Source: Botryllus schlosseri (lineage: Eukaryota). Taken from it: DNA of 64,000 nt. How positions within the stretch are numbered: the first letter of the stretch is position 1; the number at the start of each line of letters is the position of its first letter. Positions 24,109 through 42,360 of the stretch are shown piece by piece. The DNA lies in assembly GCA_051294905.1 (NCBI GenBank), contig CM119374.1:17360001-17424000 (forward strand), in the 5' to 3' direction. The notes under the pieces are model-generated. The model was not told the origin of the DNA and searched no databases. It was given only the letters and a program-made list of their open reading frames with translations. A program made the translations under genes and the position numbers.

Positions 24109-25142
24109 ATTTGATCTCCCTGCACTGCCCCTAGTGGTAGTGTTGAAAGTTTGTTCCGCCTGAACAGGACTCGTTTCTTGGTTGCGACGATCTGTAGACC
24201 CAGGTCGTAACGTGTAAAACTGCGTTATTAGTGCTAGACGGAGCTGGCATGGAGTGATTGTATAATGTATATTGATGGGTGATATCATAGAGGAGTTGGC
24301 CAATCCACCGCCATCATGTCTAATCCGCAATCGCGATTAGATTTTCGGCGGTACCGCGTTTCGAAGTGCTGGAGGCTGGAGGTTAATCTGAGCTCCCCTC
24401 CGTCGCAATTTTGAAATCCCTTAACAAAAAGACCAGACCGGGGAGTCTTGGTGAAATGCGAATACAAGCAAGCGAATGAAACGAGCGAAGAAAGCGTCAT
24501 CAAGAAATACTAATCAGCGCTTGACATGGCATCGACATGGCCTTCCGCCACATCATAGCAACGTAAATTGCTATGGTCACTGGTCACATGCAACATGCTA
24601 CCTCATTTTTGTCGCGTGTCATTTTATGTTATCATCTATTGTTTTCATTCAGTGCGCATGTTCTATGTACGATTGCGCATGCGCTTCTTCTTTACATCGC
24701 TATAGGCCTAGGTTGGTGTCTGATTTCAAAGTCTACTCCATGTTTGCACCCTTCCTATATCCTATCAGCCTTTTTTTCATCACCTTGGCCAGTCAGGTGT
24801 CTGATTTCGAAGACTACTCCAAGTCGTTTCGACTATCTTTCATTGTTCCGCAGTCTTGTGGTGTGGTGCATTGAAATGAAGAGCTTCTTGGAGGTACAGA
24901 ACTTCAATATAGAACTTCAATATATTGAAATGATGAAATATTTAGTATTGAACTGAAAGATCAAAATCGAACACTCTCTTACATCGGGCATTAGAGCAGT
25001 CTTTTCGACATTGACCCATCTGTTCATTGCATCGTATTTTCATATAAATGTCTACTATTATTTTGGTGTCTTGTTTATCGTATTGTACATCTTGAGCGTA
25101 TGAAACAATAAAAACCACTGACCACGATAACAGCAAAAGGGG

Positions 25143-25213
25143 TGCACTGCCCGGGAATCGAACCCGGGTCGCAAGAATGGGAATCTTGCATGATACCACT
25201 ACACCAGCAGTGC
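25143..25213 (-). tRNA. tRNA-Gly (anticodon CCC), 71 nt, intronless
   Basis: Reverse complement GCACTGCTGGTGTAGTGGTATCATGCAAGATTCCCATTCTTGCGACCCGGGTTCGATTCCCGGGCAGTGCA. The acceptor stem GCACTGC/GCAGTGC pairs, the anticodon arm is CAAGA-TTCCCAT-TCTTG, and the T loop is GTTCGAT. Confidence 0.95.
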
Positions 25214-25499
25214 TCGCGGCGTCTTCGGCATTTCTTTTGCAATATATTCTTACTACTTTCCGCGTTATGGTTGAACAACTTCTCTCTCGAGCAGATGACC
25301 AGCGTTACCATATCGAATATATTGTTCGATCCGTTCGCAGCTGTAACTGAAATAATGACCGTTGTACAGGCTGTGTGTGGAAATATAGGCGCGCTTCGAA
25401 CCAATACACATAATTCGTGTGAGGTTCATCAGTCAACTTGCCGTGCGAGCATCACCGCCACACCGAAAGCGTAGGCGATATGAACAGCGGAACGGCTGC

Positions 25500-25738
25500 T
25501 ACAGCGATATTTATAGCGCCCCTGGATATAGTATCGTAAGACCCGAAACGCCTCGCCCACTTTTTCAAGACGGGATAATAAAAGATACCAATAAATGTAA
25601 CGAGCGCCCGTAGCTATCGCTTCACTCCACAGAATCGCTTCCTCGTTTTCCTTTCTCTCTGTTTCTTGAAGATCGCTTTGCTACGCAGTTTTGGGCGTCT
25701 GACAGCTTCTTCCTTGTAATATCTTACGTTTCGAAGTG
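25500..25738 (+). promoter_or_regulatory. Possible CDC42 promoter and non-coding first exon
   Basis: CpG-richer, repeat-free segment ending in a donor-like GTG|GTATGT at 25739; candidate acceptors upstream of the ATG at 29937-29938 and 29948-29949. No transcript evidence. Confidence 0.3.
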
Positions 25739-27216
25739 GTATGTACGGTGATTCAACAGTGTGATAAATCTTGATGATTGGTCGCGTTGCTGCTTCTTGA
25801 AGTATGTTAAAATCGGGAAGGTGTGGGAAAGGGGTATATTTGAATAATGTTCTTGTGACATATTGATGAAATCACCTGGTATGGTAACTAGACTGTGACA
25901 GGGAGACTTGCTCAAACTTTTCATCGGTGGGTAGCTAGTTGAGTGGATTGGAACTATTGAAGTCACTTCAGAGTTGAGTTTTCGTTTTGAGCCAGGTTAC
26001 GTGCTAGTTAACATCGCTACCACTTTCTCTATTAAAATATTCAGAAATCAGTGAACTCATAGAAAAGTACGTGAGTTTTCCCGATTCCACAGTGTATGTG
26101 TTGGAATATATCTGAATCGTGACATTGTGGGAAGCTCCTGCATAGAGAGATCATGCTGACTCGATGGATTTATGGGATTATCCGTCTCATTGGTAATAAA
26201 GATACAGGTATCATATGTATCTACAGGATATCGAAGCCCCAAATATGTTCTCGATTGAAAGACGCACTTTGATGACCGTTTCTGCTTCATGTTTCCGTAA
26301 TTTAAGAAGGGAGTAGGTTGTGAATTAAGCTGTTGATACACCGCAATGCCCAACATATGTAGAGATACGGGAAGTGTCTGTGGCATGTGTTCATGATGTG
26401 TATATTTTTACAAGCAGTAACTAATAGAATGAAATAATGAAAAAATAAAGGAGTCGCAACGGGTCATTGTTATGGCCATTGTGTTGCGGTTATCCGATTG
26501 TTCTGAACAATGCCGATATTTCAGACTTTGAGGACAGATTCTAGGTGGATCAGTGCCTGATCAATATTTTAATTTATATTTTCGGAATCGGTGCAACAGT
26601 AGCTTTCGATCAATACCAGATTCAGTAATTTTTGCACTCGGGAAGATAGCTTTTGGATTGCCAGAAATCCTACAGTCGCTTACCCAAAACAATTCTCCAC
26701 TCCAGCCTCAGCGAAGCAGAATGAAGCTGCAAAATCGGTCGTTGCCGTTCCATGTTTAATTTCTATAATGCCACGCTTGCTTGCGTTGACTGTGGAGCGC
26801 AAGCGCCTTATTACTGTTCTGGACTCTGTTATCGCTTTGTGACGTTAGCATAATTCATTAATCGGCGTGATCAGATATAAATGCTCGCGTGCCGTTGCCA
26901 CCGATTCCACTCTGGGTTCAAACAAAGTGGCCTGGTAACCACTGCATGAGACTGCTAATGTTGGTGAACTATGACAGTAGCTGAATCTATTAGGCCTCTT
27001 CCATTTAGAAATTTCTAGTAATCCAGTAATTATAGTACGATCATTTTAATAGAGTGTGGTGTCACTGATCGTGACATATTTCAATTATATGCCGCAATTG
27101 TGTGAAGCATAAAAAGTTCAGATCATATATGGTTTATAGCTCAGAATATAATGTCGAGCTGTCATCCTGCTGGCAGGTTGCTTGCCTCCCTACCTAGTCA
27201 CTTGAATAGTGATAAG

Positions 27217-28084
27217 TAGGGCAATTATTTTTTTACCTAAAAAACGGAAGATTTTGACCTAAAAAATCTAAATTTTGACCTTTTTTGACCTAAAAAAACT
27301 GAAATTTGACCAAATTTTGACCTTACGTATGCAAATTAGGTGTTTTCGCATATAATGTTAAAATTGTACTACTTATCTTCATTTGTGGTTGGAACTGTCT
27401 GTCCTTACAAAGTAGATTGGCCTGAAAAAACGTTTTAGGCTCAAAAACTGACAGATTTTTACATGAAAAACTAGTATTTTAACGAAATCTGGCCCTATGA
27501 AGAATTCCAGTAGTTACATTACGTATTCTGGTGGAAATAATTAAAATTTGTTGTAGTACAACGAAAGATCCTTTCCTACATTCTCGGGTAGAAAGTGTCT
27601 GTCCTTACTACGTAGCTTGCCAAGAACGGTCAACAGCAGCATTTGTTGGCTGACAACACTCAAGTTGTGTGCACACTGCTGGTGACAAACCGTGTTGCTT
27701 CATTCTGACAATGTTGTCTACATCACAATTTTTCAGCTTGCGCTTCTTGATATAAGAACCATGCAATGTCCAAGCAGTCTTGCTTCAGCTAGGATATTGC
27801 GGTACGTTGACCATAAAACCATGTCACTATTTGTTTCATTTGACCATTTATGATTCACAATGAGCAGACGATGGTCCGTTTACAACGGTAGGCCTATAAA
27901 GTAGGCTACAAGCTGTAAAATATCAAATGATAAGTTCACCGACAGCGCAAAATCTACGATACAAACGAAATGCAGAGGTCAAAAAATGTTTGACTTTGTA
28001 AACAATTTTGTCAAATTTTGACCTAACGCTACTATTTTGACCTAATTTTGACTTTTTTTGACATGTCAAAAAAAAATTGCCCTA
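27217..28084 (-). mobile_element. hAT-like deletion derivative (uninterrupted copy of the 13606-15246 family)
   Basis: TIR TAGGGCAATT...AATTGCCCTA; reverse-complement similarity to 13606-13965 and 14881-15246. Confidence 0.75.
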
Positions 28085-28749
28085 GTGATTTGTTTCATAG
28101 CCTGACCATTGACCATCTATTCAAGATTCTCAAGGTTCATTAGGTGTTTGATTTTTCACGTATCGGTTGAAGTTTAATTATAATGTCTAGGTTGGTATAC
28201 ATGTAGGCTACTGCCACAAGTATTGAAACAAATCTACCGCACTGGAAAAATATCAATTCACAACCATGCTGTAGAAGAGAATGTCTCATGCTCACGAAAT
28301 GTCCTTTATACTGCTGAACAATCTTGATGATCAACTACAAATCATTGATTTTACTTTGATCCTGACTGATCAATTTCTTATTGATTTTAGCAATTCCGTG
28401 AGCAGTGATAGTTTTTTGCTTCAGTTTCTAGTAACGGTATATATTCTGACCACATTATTTGCCATACTAGGCTACAGTTCGAATGCATATCACCTGGCTG
28501 TACACGTGTCATGATAATTTATATATGTCATGACTTGACAGGCCACTGAATCTTATGATTAACTGCTTTGAAGAAAATTACTAGACCTGCGAGTATGTGG
28601 CAGGATGATGTAATCGTTCACCTGTCCTGCATCACATTTGTCTTCTTGATTGCGTTTTTAATGTAGTCAGTTATAAGTTCAAATTTTGTTATGGTTATGA
28701 AAGGATGTGCTAAATTGAAACACATGCGATTCGAATATGATGCTAATAT

Positions 28750-29880
28750 GCAAGCATGAATCAAAATTTCAACTTCACATATTTTGATAACTTGAATTAA
28801 AAATAGTAGTTTATGAATCTGAAAATAAAACTAATTGTGCAGTGAAAAGCATGCATCATAATTTATGTAAAGAAGACGTAAAATATACAGATGTGCCTTA
28901 TTGGCCCACCCGCAATTGCTCTTCAAAGTCGCACTAAAATAATGTTTAATATGGCCATCATTTACATTTTGGTCTACCATGTCACCTCCACTTAACCGCA
29001 GTACTTCTAGAAAATAGCAGGAGGGCTGAAATATTATGATATTCCTTTGCTGCAAGTTAGAATGTGTTATTATCAGTAATACAAAGTATCAGCAATCTGC
29101 AGTGTGAACATTCCTGTTTATTCGATTGTTATCGAATCACTTGATTCAATATTCGAAAGGCGTGGTCAAGTCAGAAATATTAATCGAAATAGAATGGAAT
29201 TAGCAATCACTTGACTTGATTTCAAATCAGTTTCGAAATTGTGTTCTGTTGAATTGTGGCTCTTCAACTTTGTGGACTTCTTCAACGTTTTCTTAAGCTT
29301 TGACTGTTTTTGGACCATATTAATTATACTATATCTTTACTGTAATTACTGCTGCTACTGTTGATGATATCAGTGTATTCTCTTGTTGTAAAGCTCTTAG
29401 GAATTAGAGGGGAAGTGCACGCTCTGTTACTGTGAAATACGATAGTGCTCCATGTTCTTGCTTGTCAATGCCTGAGGGTGGTCGTAATCTACTTCATTAA
29501 AAAAAACCATTGTAAATCACTCTCCACTACTGGGAGTGTTGGAGATAGGTCTTGAGTTACAGTTGATGAGGCTTTTCGTTTGAGTTGATTTGCCAGTAAC
29601 TATTAGATGGATATTTTAGTTGGTGTTGGGGTTCTAGCAATATTGTACAGACTATGTAACATTGATCTGTGTGGTAATACTCTAGATTTTACACTCTGAT
29701 TGATTTAATCCTTGTAATCTGCTTAGGGCTACATGAGCAGTGTGAGTCTGTGTCATCCTATTCAACATCAATACTCAGAACTTTTAGGTTATCATGTTCC
29801 TTTAGTATGGATAATCTGGTTTGTTGATGGATCACACCTTATCAGCGTCATTGTCTACACTTATGTTGTGCAGAGATCAG
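28750..29880 (-). mobile_element. Degenerate CR1/L2-like LINE ORF2 remnant
   Basis: Minus-strand remnants resembling AP-endonuclease-domain motifs (xYRPP-like near 29475-29495, TRITT-like near 29660-29690); many stops. Confidence 0.35.
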
Positions 29881-29991
29881 TTCATATTTTTGTATCTGAG
29901 GAAAAATGATCACTAAAAAACCTTTTACTTTTTCTCAGTGTCATTCTAGGGATACAGTACATATTTATATTGGTTGTGGTGTATTGTATAA

Positions 29992-34765
<4,774 letters not shown>

Positions 34766-37700
34766 ATTTGGAGCAATGCACTTAATCGACTTTGCGACTA
34801 CCCAATACACTCCCCTCCCTTTGTTAGTTCTAACGCTTGTCGGTGCGCATGAGCAGAATTCTTCTGTCGTCCACAGTTGACTTTGGTGCAGTGTCCTGTT
34901 TTCTTTGCGGGGGACCGTCTCCGCGTCCCACCCGGATGGGTCGTTTTTCATTTATTATATTCTATCGGCGTCTGTATCATCGACGGAAGACCGACGCTAT
35001 TTACACTGAGCCCCTGTTTCGACCTGGTTGTCCCAATAGCAGCCTTCATCATTTTCCCCGTATGTGATTGGCGTCGTCGAACATTTGCTGACTTTTTTTC
35101 GTTTGTAAAAATGGCGTGATACGATAATTTTTGCTTGTTCGCTTCTTTGAGGGCTGGCTGCTCTTGACGATGAATTTTCCGAAGAAAAAAACTGAAGACC
35201 AACTCAGATTCGTTGGTCAATCATTTTACTTTCTCTAATATGCATATATCTATTAGCCTGTTGAATGTCTTGAGCCGGTATCCCTAATTCTGCTTACGAT
35301 AGTGGCGTCCCATTTATGGGATCTCATTCATATTACTAATACAATACAATACAGGCGGAGCATTCACTACTACTTTTGTTTTGAATAAAAGCAGCTTTTA
35401 AATGACGCTATTTAAACAGATTAAAAAGAGCATTCCTGGTTTTGCCAAGAAATTATAGGTTCTCAGTTCTGTAGTTGGGGCTCATGCTGTCGTGCAGCGT
35501 CAGAGTAGATCGTTGATTCCGTTTTTCTATGGTCTTTCACTTGTAATACACGTACCCCACCGAAGTGATATGGGTCATCAAAGTTGTACAGAATCATGAC
35601 GAGATCTGCGAGTAACATGAAGTTATAGGCCACATCTAATTTAGCGGTGAAAACATTGATCTATGTTTTGATTCTGGATGGGTGTATCTGATACAGGGTA
35701 TAGGAGTACTGTTCGGTGCTTGAAATGACTTCGTCGAGGCTGTTGTCACGGGACGCAGTGTCTACAATGGCGAATATAAGTTGCTGGTTTGTGATGTACA
35801 AAAAGAAAACCTTTCGTACGTGGGGTTACCAATACGTCCTCTTTTTGATTGTAAGATTGTAAATGTCCTTCACTAATGAATGGGGTCAACCGGAAATCGA
35901 CATAACTGACACGAAATAGGTAATGCGTTCAAGCGGGCCATTCGGGAGCCGAATATGTATGTTTACTTGGGCAAGTTTTGTGGCAGTTAATCCGTGGAAA
36001 GTTGCATTTATTTTTGACAAAAGTTGCACTAAAATATAGTTTCAGTACTTCGTGTAAACAATTTCAAGAACTCGTTAAAATGATGATTCCTTATTGACAG
36101 GAAACCACAAAATATTCATGGGAATAATCAGAAAACTATGTTTGATTTGTTACTTTTGTCACTTCTATCTAACTATCCAAGGAAATGTAGAACAAGCTCA
36201 AACGCAACAAATAACGATTCGACTTTCCTTTCACTTGTCGGCAAAAATACTCTCTTTTTGGTGCTGAAAATATGGTAGGCCAAGTTAAAGAGCAATACAC
36301 ACTTGATGATAAATAGCCCATAGCTATGCCCACAATAGCCAAGCGAATTCATTAAAATATATACATCGGGATGGAAAATGACCCCCAAATCTTTAGCAGA
36401 TCTTTTGCTGGCTCAACACTTTGATACAAGCTCTGCCTATCGCAAATTATACATGAATATCCGCCTTCTCAAAAATATTTATGAACGTTCATAATCTGTT
36501 GCTCGAACGTATCAGCGGTCCCCACCAGGTGGGTATAGCTCAGTGGTTCAAAAGCACGCGACCCGTGGACCAATGAGACATACGCTAAAATATTCAAGTG
36601 TTCCGACTTTTCTTGCTGTGTAATATAATCTAATGAACGACAGCAAGCTAAATACAAATGTTTGGTCGTAACCGTCAAAATATAGGCTAGAATAAATATA
36701 TTAACTCAATGTTGCCCTAAATCAGTGGTTCTCAACCTTTTTTTGAACACGCCCCCCTTTTTCATAGTAAAAAATTTCGCGCCCCCCTTATCGTCATATC
36801 ACAAAATCCAAATGCTGGGATGCTAGCAACCCCAACAGATTCTTTGGTGGTATGGTCGGTTATGAATGTTGATGAGAGAATAAAAAAATAAGAAAATGGG
36901 TCTATATAGAGCAGGGGTTCTCAACCCGCGGGCCGCATGCGGCCCGCAGACGGTTACTTTGTGGCCCGCGACGTCTTTCATTATGAACGCAATTACTACT
37001 GGCACGGTATTGTTACATATAAATTGTCTTTGTAATTGTAATTGATTACTCATTGTTGTGTTCTAGTTTCTTGATATATGCTTGAGTTGATTGTTAGGCC
37101 TATTGTTTTGAATGGGTATGCGGCCGGACTCTTGTTCAAGAGAATCCCTCTGTGTAGTACACACTTTTAAAAAGTGTTTCCCTCGCCGTGAATGGTTTGA
37201 ACAGAAACAAGAACAAGGAACGGGAAATTAAACAGCGAAAATTGAATTTGTAACTCTGCGTGGAAAAATGAATGTGTTCTCTCAAATATTGATTGAAAAC
37301 CGATGTGTCATATGCAGGCCGTGTTATTTTTATCATATGCCAAAACTAACTTATTTTTGGCATTTTTCGATTTTTATTTTTGGCAGTTTTGGCATCGTCC
37401 TCTAAATAGATAGTTTCAGCCTCGAATTATTCACAAAAACGCTTTATTTGGGCTAGTTTGTCAAAAGACACCACAAAATGTGCAGCATCCACTTATAATC
37501 AGTGCCAACAAACAATAGGATGAAGAAAAAACCTAACGATTTCATAGGTTAATAATATCAAACGAAACCACAAAATGTGCAGTATTCATCGGAATCGGTG
37601 CCAATAAGCAAAAACAGAAAGAAAAGCCTAACAAACACGCTCAGCAGCTGATTGTTACAGCTGTTGAATAGACTTAAATCGTTTGCACTGTAACAGTGCT

Positions 37701-38131
37701 TCCAAACTCAGGTCAGCTAAGTTTCTCCTAAATTCATTTCTCGCCCAGATTCGGGAAATATCGGCTTCAACAGTAGCCGTTGAGGGAAAGAATGTTGCCA
37801 GTCATCCACAAAAGGTTTTCAGAGCTTCAAAATCTTTGGAGGGCCGAAACGGCTTCCATGCATCATGACAAGAGATCACTTCGCCAGTGCCATCGATCTC
37901 GTCGCGGAAAGAATTGTCTTCCCGATCCTTTTCCAGGAGTTTCCTGTGTTGTCTCTCAACACATTCTATTTAGCAGCCCGACTATCATTTCTCCTTCAGT
38001 TTACTGATATATTCACTTCAGGTGGCTTTAATATTACAAACTCGCATGGAAGAGTCCTGGGAAGGTTAGCTTGTTTAAGAACATTGACGCAACAAGACTG
38101 TCTGGCAAAACGAGACTATTCAGCTCAGAAA

Positions 38132-38394
38132 CAGAGATGGGCGTATTCCCAAATTTCGGGATCCGAATCCATCCGGATCCGGCTGGCAATGTGAGATTCG
38201 GAGTCCGGCTGTTGAAGGTCCAGCTTGGAATCCGAAAAAATCCTGCCATAACAATGCTAATTAATCATATTGCAGCAAAAAATCCGGCTAAAATTCGACC
38301 ATCACCGCAAATTCAAAATCCGGATCCAGTCCGGCCAGTTAAAAATTCAATGAAATCCTGCTCCGGCTCCTGAACCGGACTGTGGCCATCTCTG
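38132..38394. mobile_element. hAT MITE with CCGGAT subterminal repeats
   Basis: TIR CAGAGATGG...CCATCTCTG; perfect TSD CTCAGAAA. Confidence 0.85.
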
Positions 38395-38683
38395 CTCAGA
38401 AATAGCCAGACAGTTTGTTGCGTCACAATGTTCAACTCGATCGCAATGCAAAAATCGTGGTTGATTTTGGGGGTTCCAGTTCCATGAGCAGAATATAATT
38501 TATATTTTAATAATCAGTACTGCGGCAGCTTCTCATTGATACCCGTTTTACCAAATTTAGCGCTCGACAAGCCGGTCAAAAATGGTCGTAAAATTGCCTT
38601 TGGACAACTGGAAAGTATGACGTAACCCAAATGCAGTCAGCCGTTCAATCTCGCTGTGCCCACACCATTTATGACACCATTTA

Positions 38684-39650
38684 CTTCGTTTCCATGCTCG
38701 GCCGATGGGCCCATTTTCGAGAGACTCGGCCGACGAACGAGAGAATTTTGTTGCGCATTTACAGTGATGCACACCCACGTCGGCCGACTCGTCGGCCATC
38801 TAGTAAATCCTTCGGCTTAGCCCTTCGGCCATGCTTGCGCTGTGTCTTCGATTAGCTAATTGGTATTCGCTACTTACAATACACTTTTCGTATCAAATTA
38901 ACCATGGCTGCACTCCGGGCGGATCTTGGACGCCTTGAGAAACCAAGAATTATGATCGCAACGGAATTTAGTAGTACCGGTACTGCTACGAATTACTCGT
39001 AGGTTACCGAAATCTTCGCGATCTGATCACATACGCTGCTGCCACAATTCGAAGGTTTGCGTTCTATGGTGCATGGATACAATACAAACTATACCGCTTG
39101 ACCACAAACTAGGTGAACTTATTCACATTCCCCTGGTAAGCAAATCATCGACAGGACACTGGACGTTCATGTCTGAATCATGACGACGAAACAGTAGTAC
39201 CGGTAGACTACTGGAGAAGTTACTATTCTGTGCTCGAAATTATTGGACCACGATATCCCATATATCTATATCCCCCACATACTAAGATATGCCACCAATT
39301 TTCATCTTTTATCCATCTTATTTTATCTTCTGTTAGTTTTAAGCAATTGGTTCATCGTGACCATTTTACATGTTGGATGCATTTCGTGTTCAAGGTCAAA
39401 GCGTGTTATTTGATTGAATGACCGCTACAAGTCTTTTCGGCTCATTCCTACCGAGTCATTTATCGCAATCTTCTGATTATTATGAAATTGTTACTGAGTA
39501 AGTAAGCCAGAAACGTCATCGCGATCGCTTCGCCCACCTAGTTCGGCCAAGTCACGGTTGGGTTACGTCTGCTCATGGAAACACGGTCGACATGTACAAC
39601 GCATGCGTCATGGCCTTTCGGCCGACCGTCGGCCGAGCATGGAAACGAAG
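38684..39650. mobile_element. Non-autonomous element with 3-bp TTA TSD (PIF/Harbinger-like)
   Basis: TIR CTTCGTTTCCATGCTCGGCCGA; TTA on both sides. Confidence 0.6.
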
Positions 39651-41420
39651 TTATAGTGTCCTATTATTATGGTGACGACACAAGCAAATCGCACGGTTCA
39701 ATGAAATTGTATCACGTCACAGTTTCCATTTGGCTACAGGCAATTTGACGGTGATTTTTGACCGGCTTGCCGAGCATTAAATTTGATGAATCGGGTATCA
39801 ATCGAAAGCTGACGCTGTACTGCTTGCGAAAATATAAATTTTATTCCACTGATGGCCCTGGAACCCCCACAATCAGCCCCAAATTATTCATTGTCGAGTA
39901 GATTGGCAGTGTGACGCAACAATGCTGTCTGGCGAAACGAGAGACTAGCTCAAGAGCAAGGATGCGGCCGAGCCGCGAGAGTGGGATCAGCTGACGTCGC
40001 GGCAATAGCAATGTGCAACCGCGCCACAGAGAAACGCTGCGCTGTTGATACTTTTTCTATGCGCTTCGGTACAAGCAAGCACACACCAGCCTTTCCTTGC
40101 CTTGTAAGGGTAGAACTGGGTCCACAGAATGTATTAGGGCCCTGCCAATTTTCGCGCAATATCCTTCAGCTGATAGAGATATGTAGGCTACGTCTAAGTA
40201 GTCTACATTGGATATGTCAGATTATTATGATATCGATTGCCTTAGCCCGCTTGTTGCGTAGGGCTCCGAGATGCGTGGCGCTGTTGGTACTTTATATAGG
40301 CGCTTCGCTAAAAGCGAGCACACACCAGCCTTTCCTTGACTTGTAAGGGTAGAACTGGGTTCACAGAATGTATTTGGTCCCTACCAATTTTCGCGCAATA
40401 TCCTTCAGCTGATAGAGATATTTCTAGTAAGAAAAATATACTTTCAAGTAATAAGATTCACTAAAGACAGCTAATTTAGATAATGTAAATATATCATATT
40501 GTAGTAATACAACTACAGTGTTGAGTTTTCACTCTAGTCCCCATAAGCACCACGTCGGTGACCTTGACACCAAATTCCGAGAAGGCGAAAAAGTGCAAAC
40601 TCTGTTGGGCCGAATGGACAATGGACATTCAGTTACTCACAGATGCGAAAAAAATAATGCAAATCCGTTTTACGTAAGTTACATTAGGAATATAAATACA
40701 GGCTACAGAATGAATATAATTCAAATATCTGTGATACCACTGTATTACTTTTGACGCAAAAGGTCCCCGGCATTCAAAAAAACTGTTTGGTGATTGAAAA
40801 ATGCTAAACCAAATTCCAACGTCAACGTTTATAGTGATATCAGATATATTCCAGTGAAAAACAAAGGTATGAATTTGGTGGTAACATTTTGGAATCATTT
40901 GGCAGGTATGGCCCGCAAGCTTTCTAGTAACGGATTGAATCCGGACAGCGATACCAGTTTAATTCGACACTCCTGCTGTTAAACTTTATTCAACCATCAA
41001 CATTTTACCTGCTGCATTCGCGGACCAAGTCCTACCCATACGGATCAAATAAAAGCTTGTAATGAATGCTCATGCTCAATGCTCCTTGCTCACACTTAAC
41101 CATAAAAGCGACTATAGAAAGTATCGACACCCGCCATCAACAGTGCGACGTGTCTCTGGAGCCCTACGCAACAAGCGGGCTAAGGCAATCGATATCATAA
41201 TAATCTGACATATCCAATGTAGAGTTGTAGACTACTTAGACGTAGCCTACATATCTCTATCAGCTGAAGGATATTGCGCGAAAATTGGCAGGGTCCTAAT
41301 ACATTCTGTGGACCCAGTTCTACCCTTACAAGTCAAGGAAAGGCTGGTGTGTGCTTGCTTGTACCGAAGCGCATAGAAAAAGTATCAACAGCGCAGCGTT
41401 TCTCTGTGGCGCGGTTGCAC

Positions 41421-41466
41421 TATAGATAACTAACCTACGTAGGTTACCGTAGGTCAGTTATCTATA
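41421..41466. mobile_element. 46-bp micro-element with 7-bp TSD (relative of 24073-24108)
   Basis: TATAGATAACTAACCTACGTAGGTTACCGTAGGTCAGTTATCTATA flanked by GTTGCAC (41414-41420, 41467-41473). The mirror position in the host's other arm (about 40012-40020) has the 7-mer once and no insert. Confidence 0.85.
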
Positions 41467-42360
41467 GTTGCACATTGCTATTGCCGCGACGTCAGCTGAT
41501 CCCACTCTCGCCGCTCGGCCGCATCCTTGCTCTTGAGCTAGTCTCTCGTTTCGCCAGACAGCATTGTTGCGTCACACTGCCAATCTACTCGACAATGAAT
41601 AATTTGGGGCTGATTGTGGGGGTTCCAGGGCCATGAGTGGAATAAAATTTATATTTTCGCAAGCAGTACAGCGTCAGCTTTCGATTGATACCCAATTCAT
41701 CAAATTTAATGCTCGGCAAGCCGGTCAAAAATCACCGTCAAATTGCCTGTAGCCAAATGAAAACTGTGACGTGATACAATTTCATTGAACCGTGCGATTT
41801 GCTTGTGTCGACACCATATAGGACACTATGATGACACCATGCTTTCACCCCTATTGGGTGGGCTGGACCCAGATTAAGAAACCTGCCTTTCACAAACGCT
41901 CTTCTCGCTTGTAACGCGAACACAGCACCATGAACGAAATACACTATTTGGCAGGCCGTTTTATTTTTGGCATAAGCCAAAAATTGCTTAGTTTTGGCAT
42001 TTTCAAATTTTTATTTTTGGCAGTTTTGGCATCTGGCTCCTGAAATGCCAAAAATAACACGGCCTGGTCATATGTGTCGAAGAACAGTTGTCGTAACGAA
42101 GCGTAGAAGCTTAAAATGATGCCACGACAGTTTCTTCTGTATAGTTATACACATCGTCTGATCTCAGAAAACGTTACCAGCTAGGTGTCAAGCAGGAAAT
42201 CCATATTTAGAGGAGTTGTCATAATTGCCGACGATACGACGGTACAGAAGCATCCTCCAGAATTGCTTGGTATAACGCTAAACCCAAAAACATGCTAGAG
42301 AAGTTGTTATTTTAATAAAACCTCAATAAATCTTTAACATCATGTGCAATAATAGGCGCC

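Larger units (their letters stand above)
38678..41830. mobile_element. Large palindromic CATAGTGTCC-family element (arms about 600 bp), interrupted near its left end
   Basis: 39654 to about 40260 is the reverse complement of about 41160-41830; candidate 7-bp TSD ATGACAC at 38671-38677 and 41831-41837. The left terminus does not reconstruct cleanly. Confidence 0.65.
37315..42066. mobile_element. hAT-type element nested in the previous one
   Basis: TIR CAGGCCGTGTTATTTTT; perfect TSD GTCATATG (37307-37314, 42067-42074). Confidence 0.85.

Noticed and set aside
24121-24140. CTCF-like motif TGCACTGCCCCTAGTGG
   Set aside because: One base short of the core spacing; a single imperfect match is expected by chance.
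24715-24821. CRISPR array (also considered for the 44100-44340 and 56000-56900 repeats)
   Set aside because: Eukaryotic context, only two units or no unique spacers, no cas genes; the larger arrays are subterminal repeats of hAT MITEs.
24942-25199. Small secreted Cys-rich peptide ORF on the minus strand
   Set aside because: The frame starts inside the tRNA gene with no proper ATG, and I recognise no homolog.
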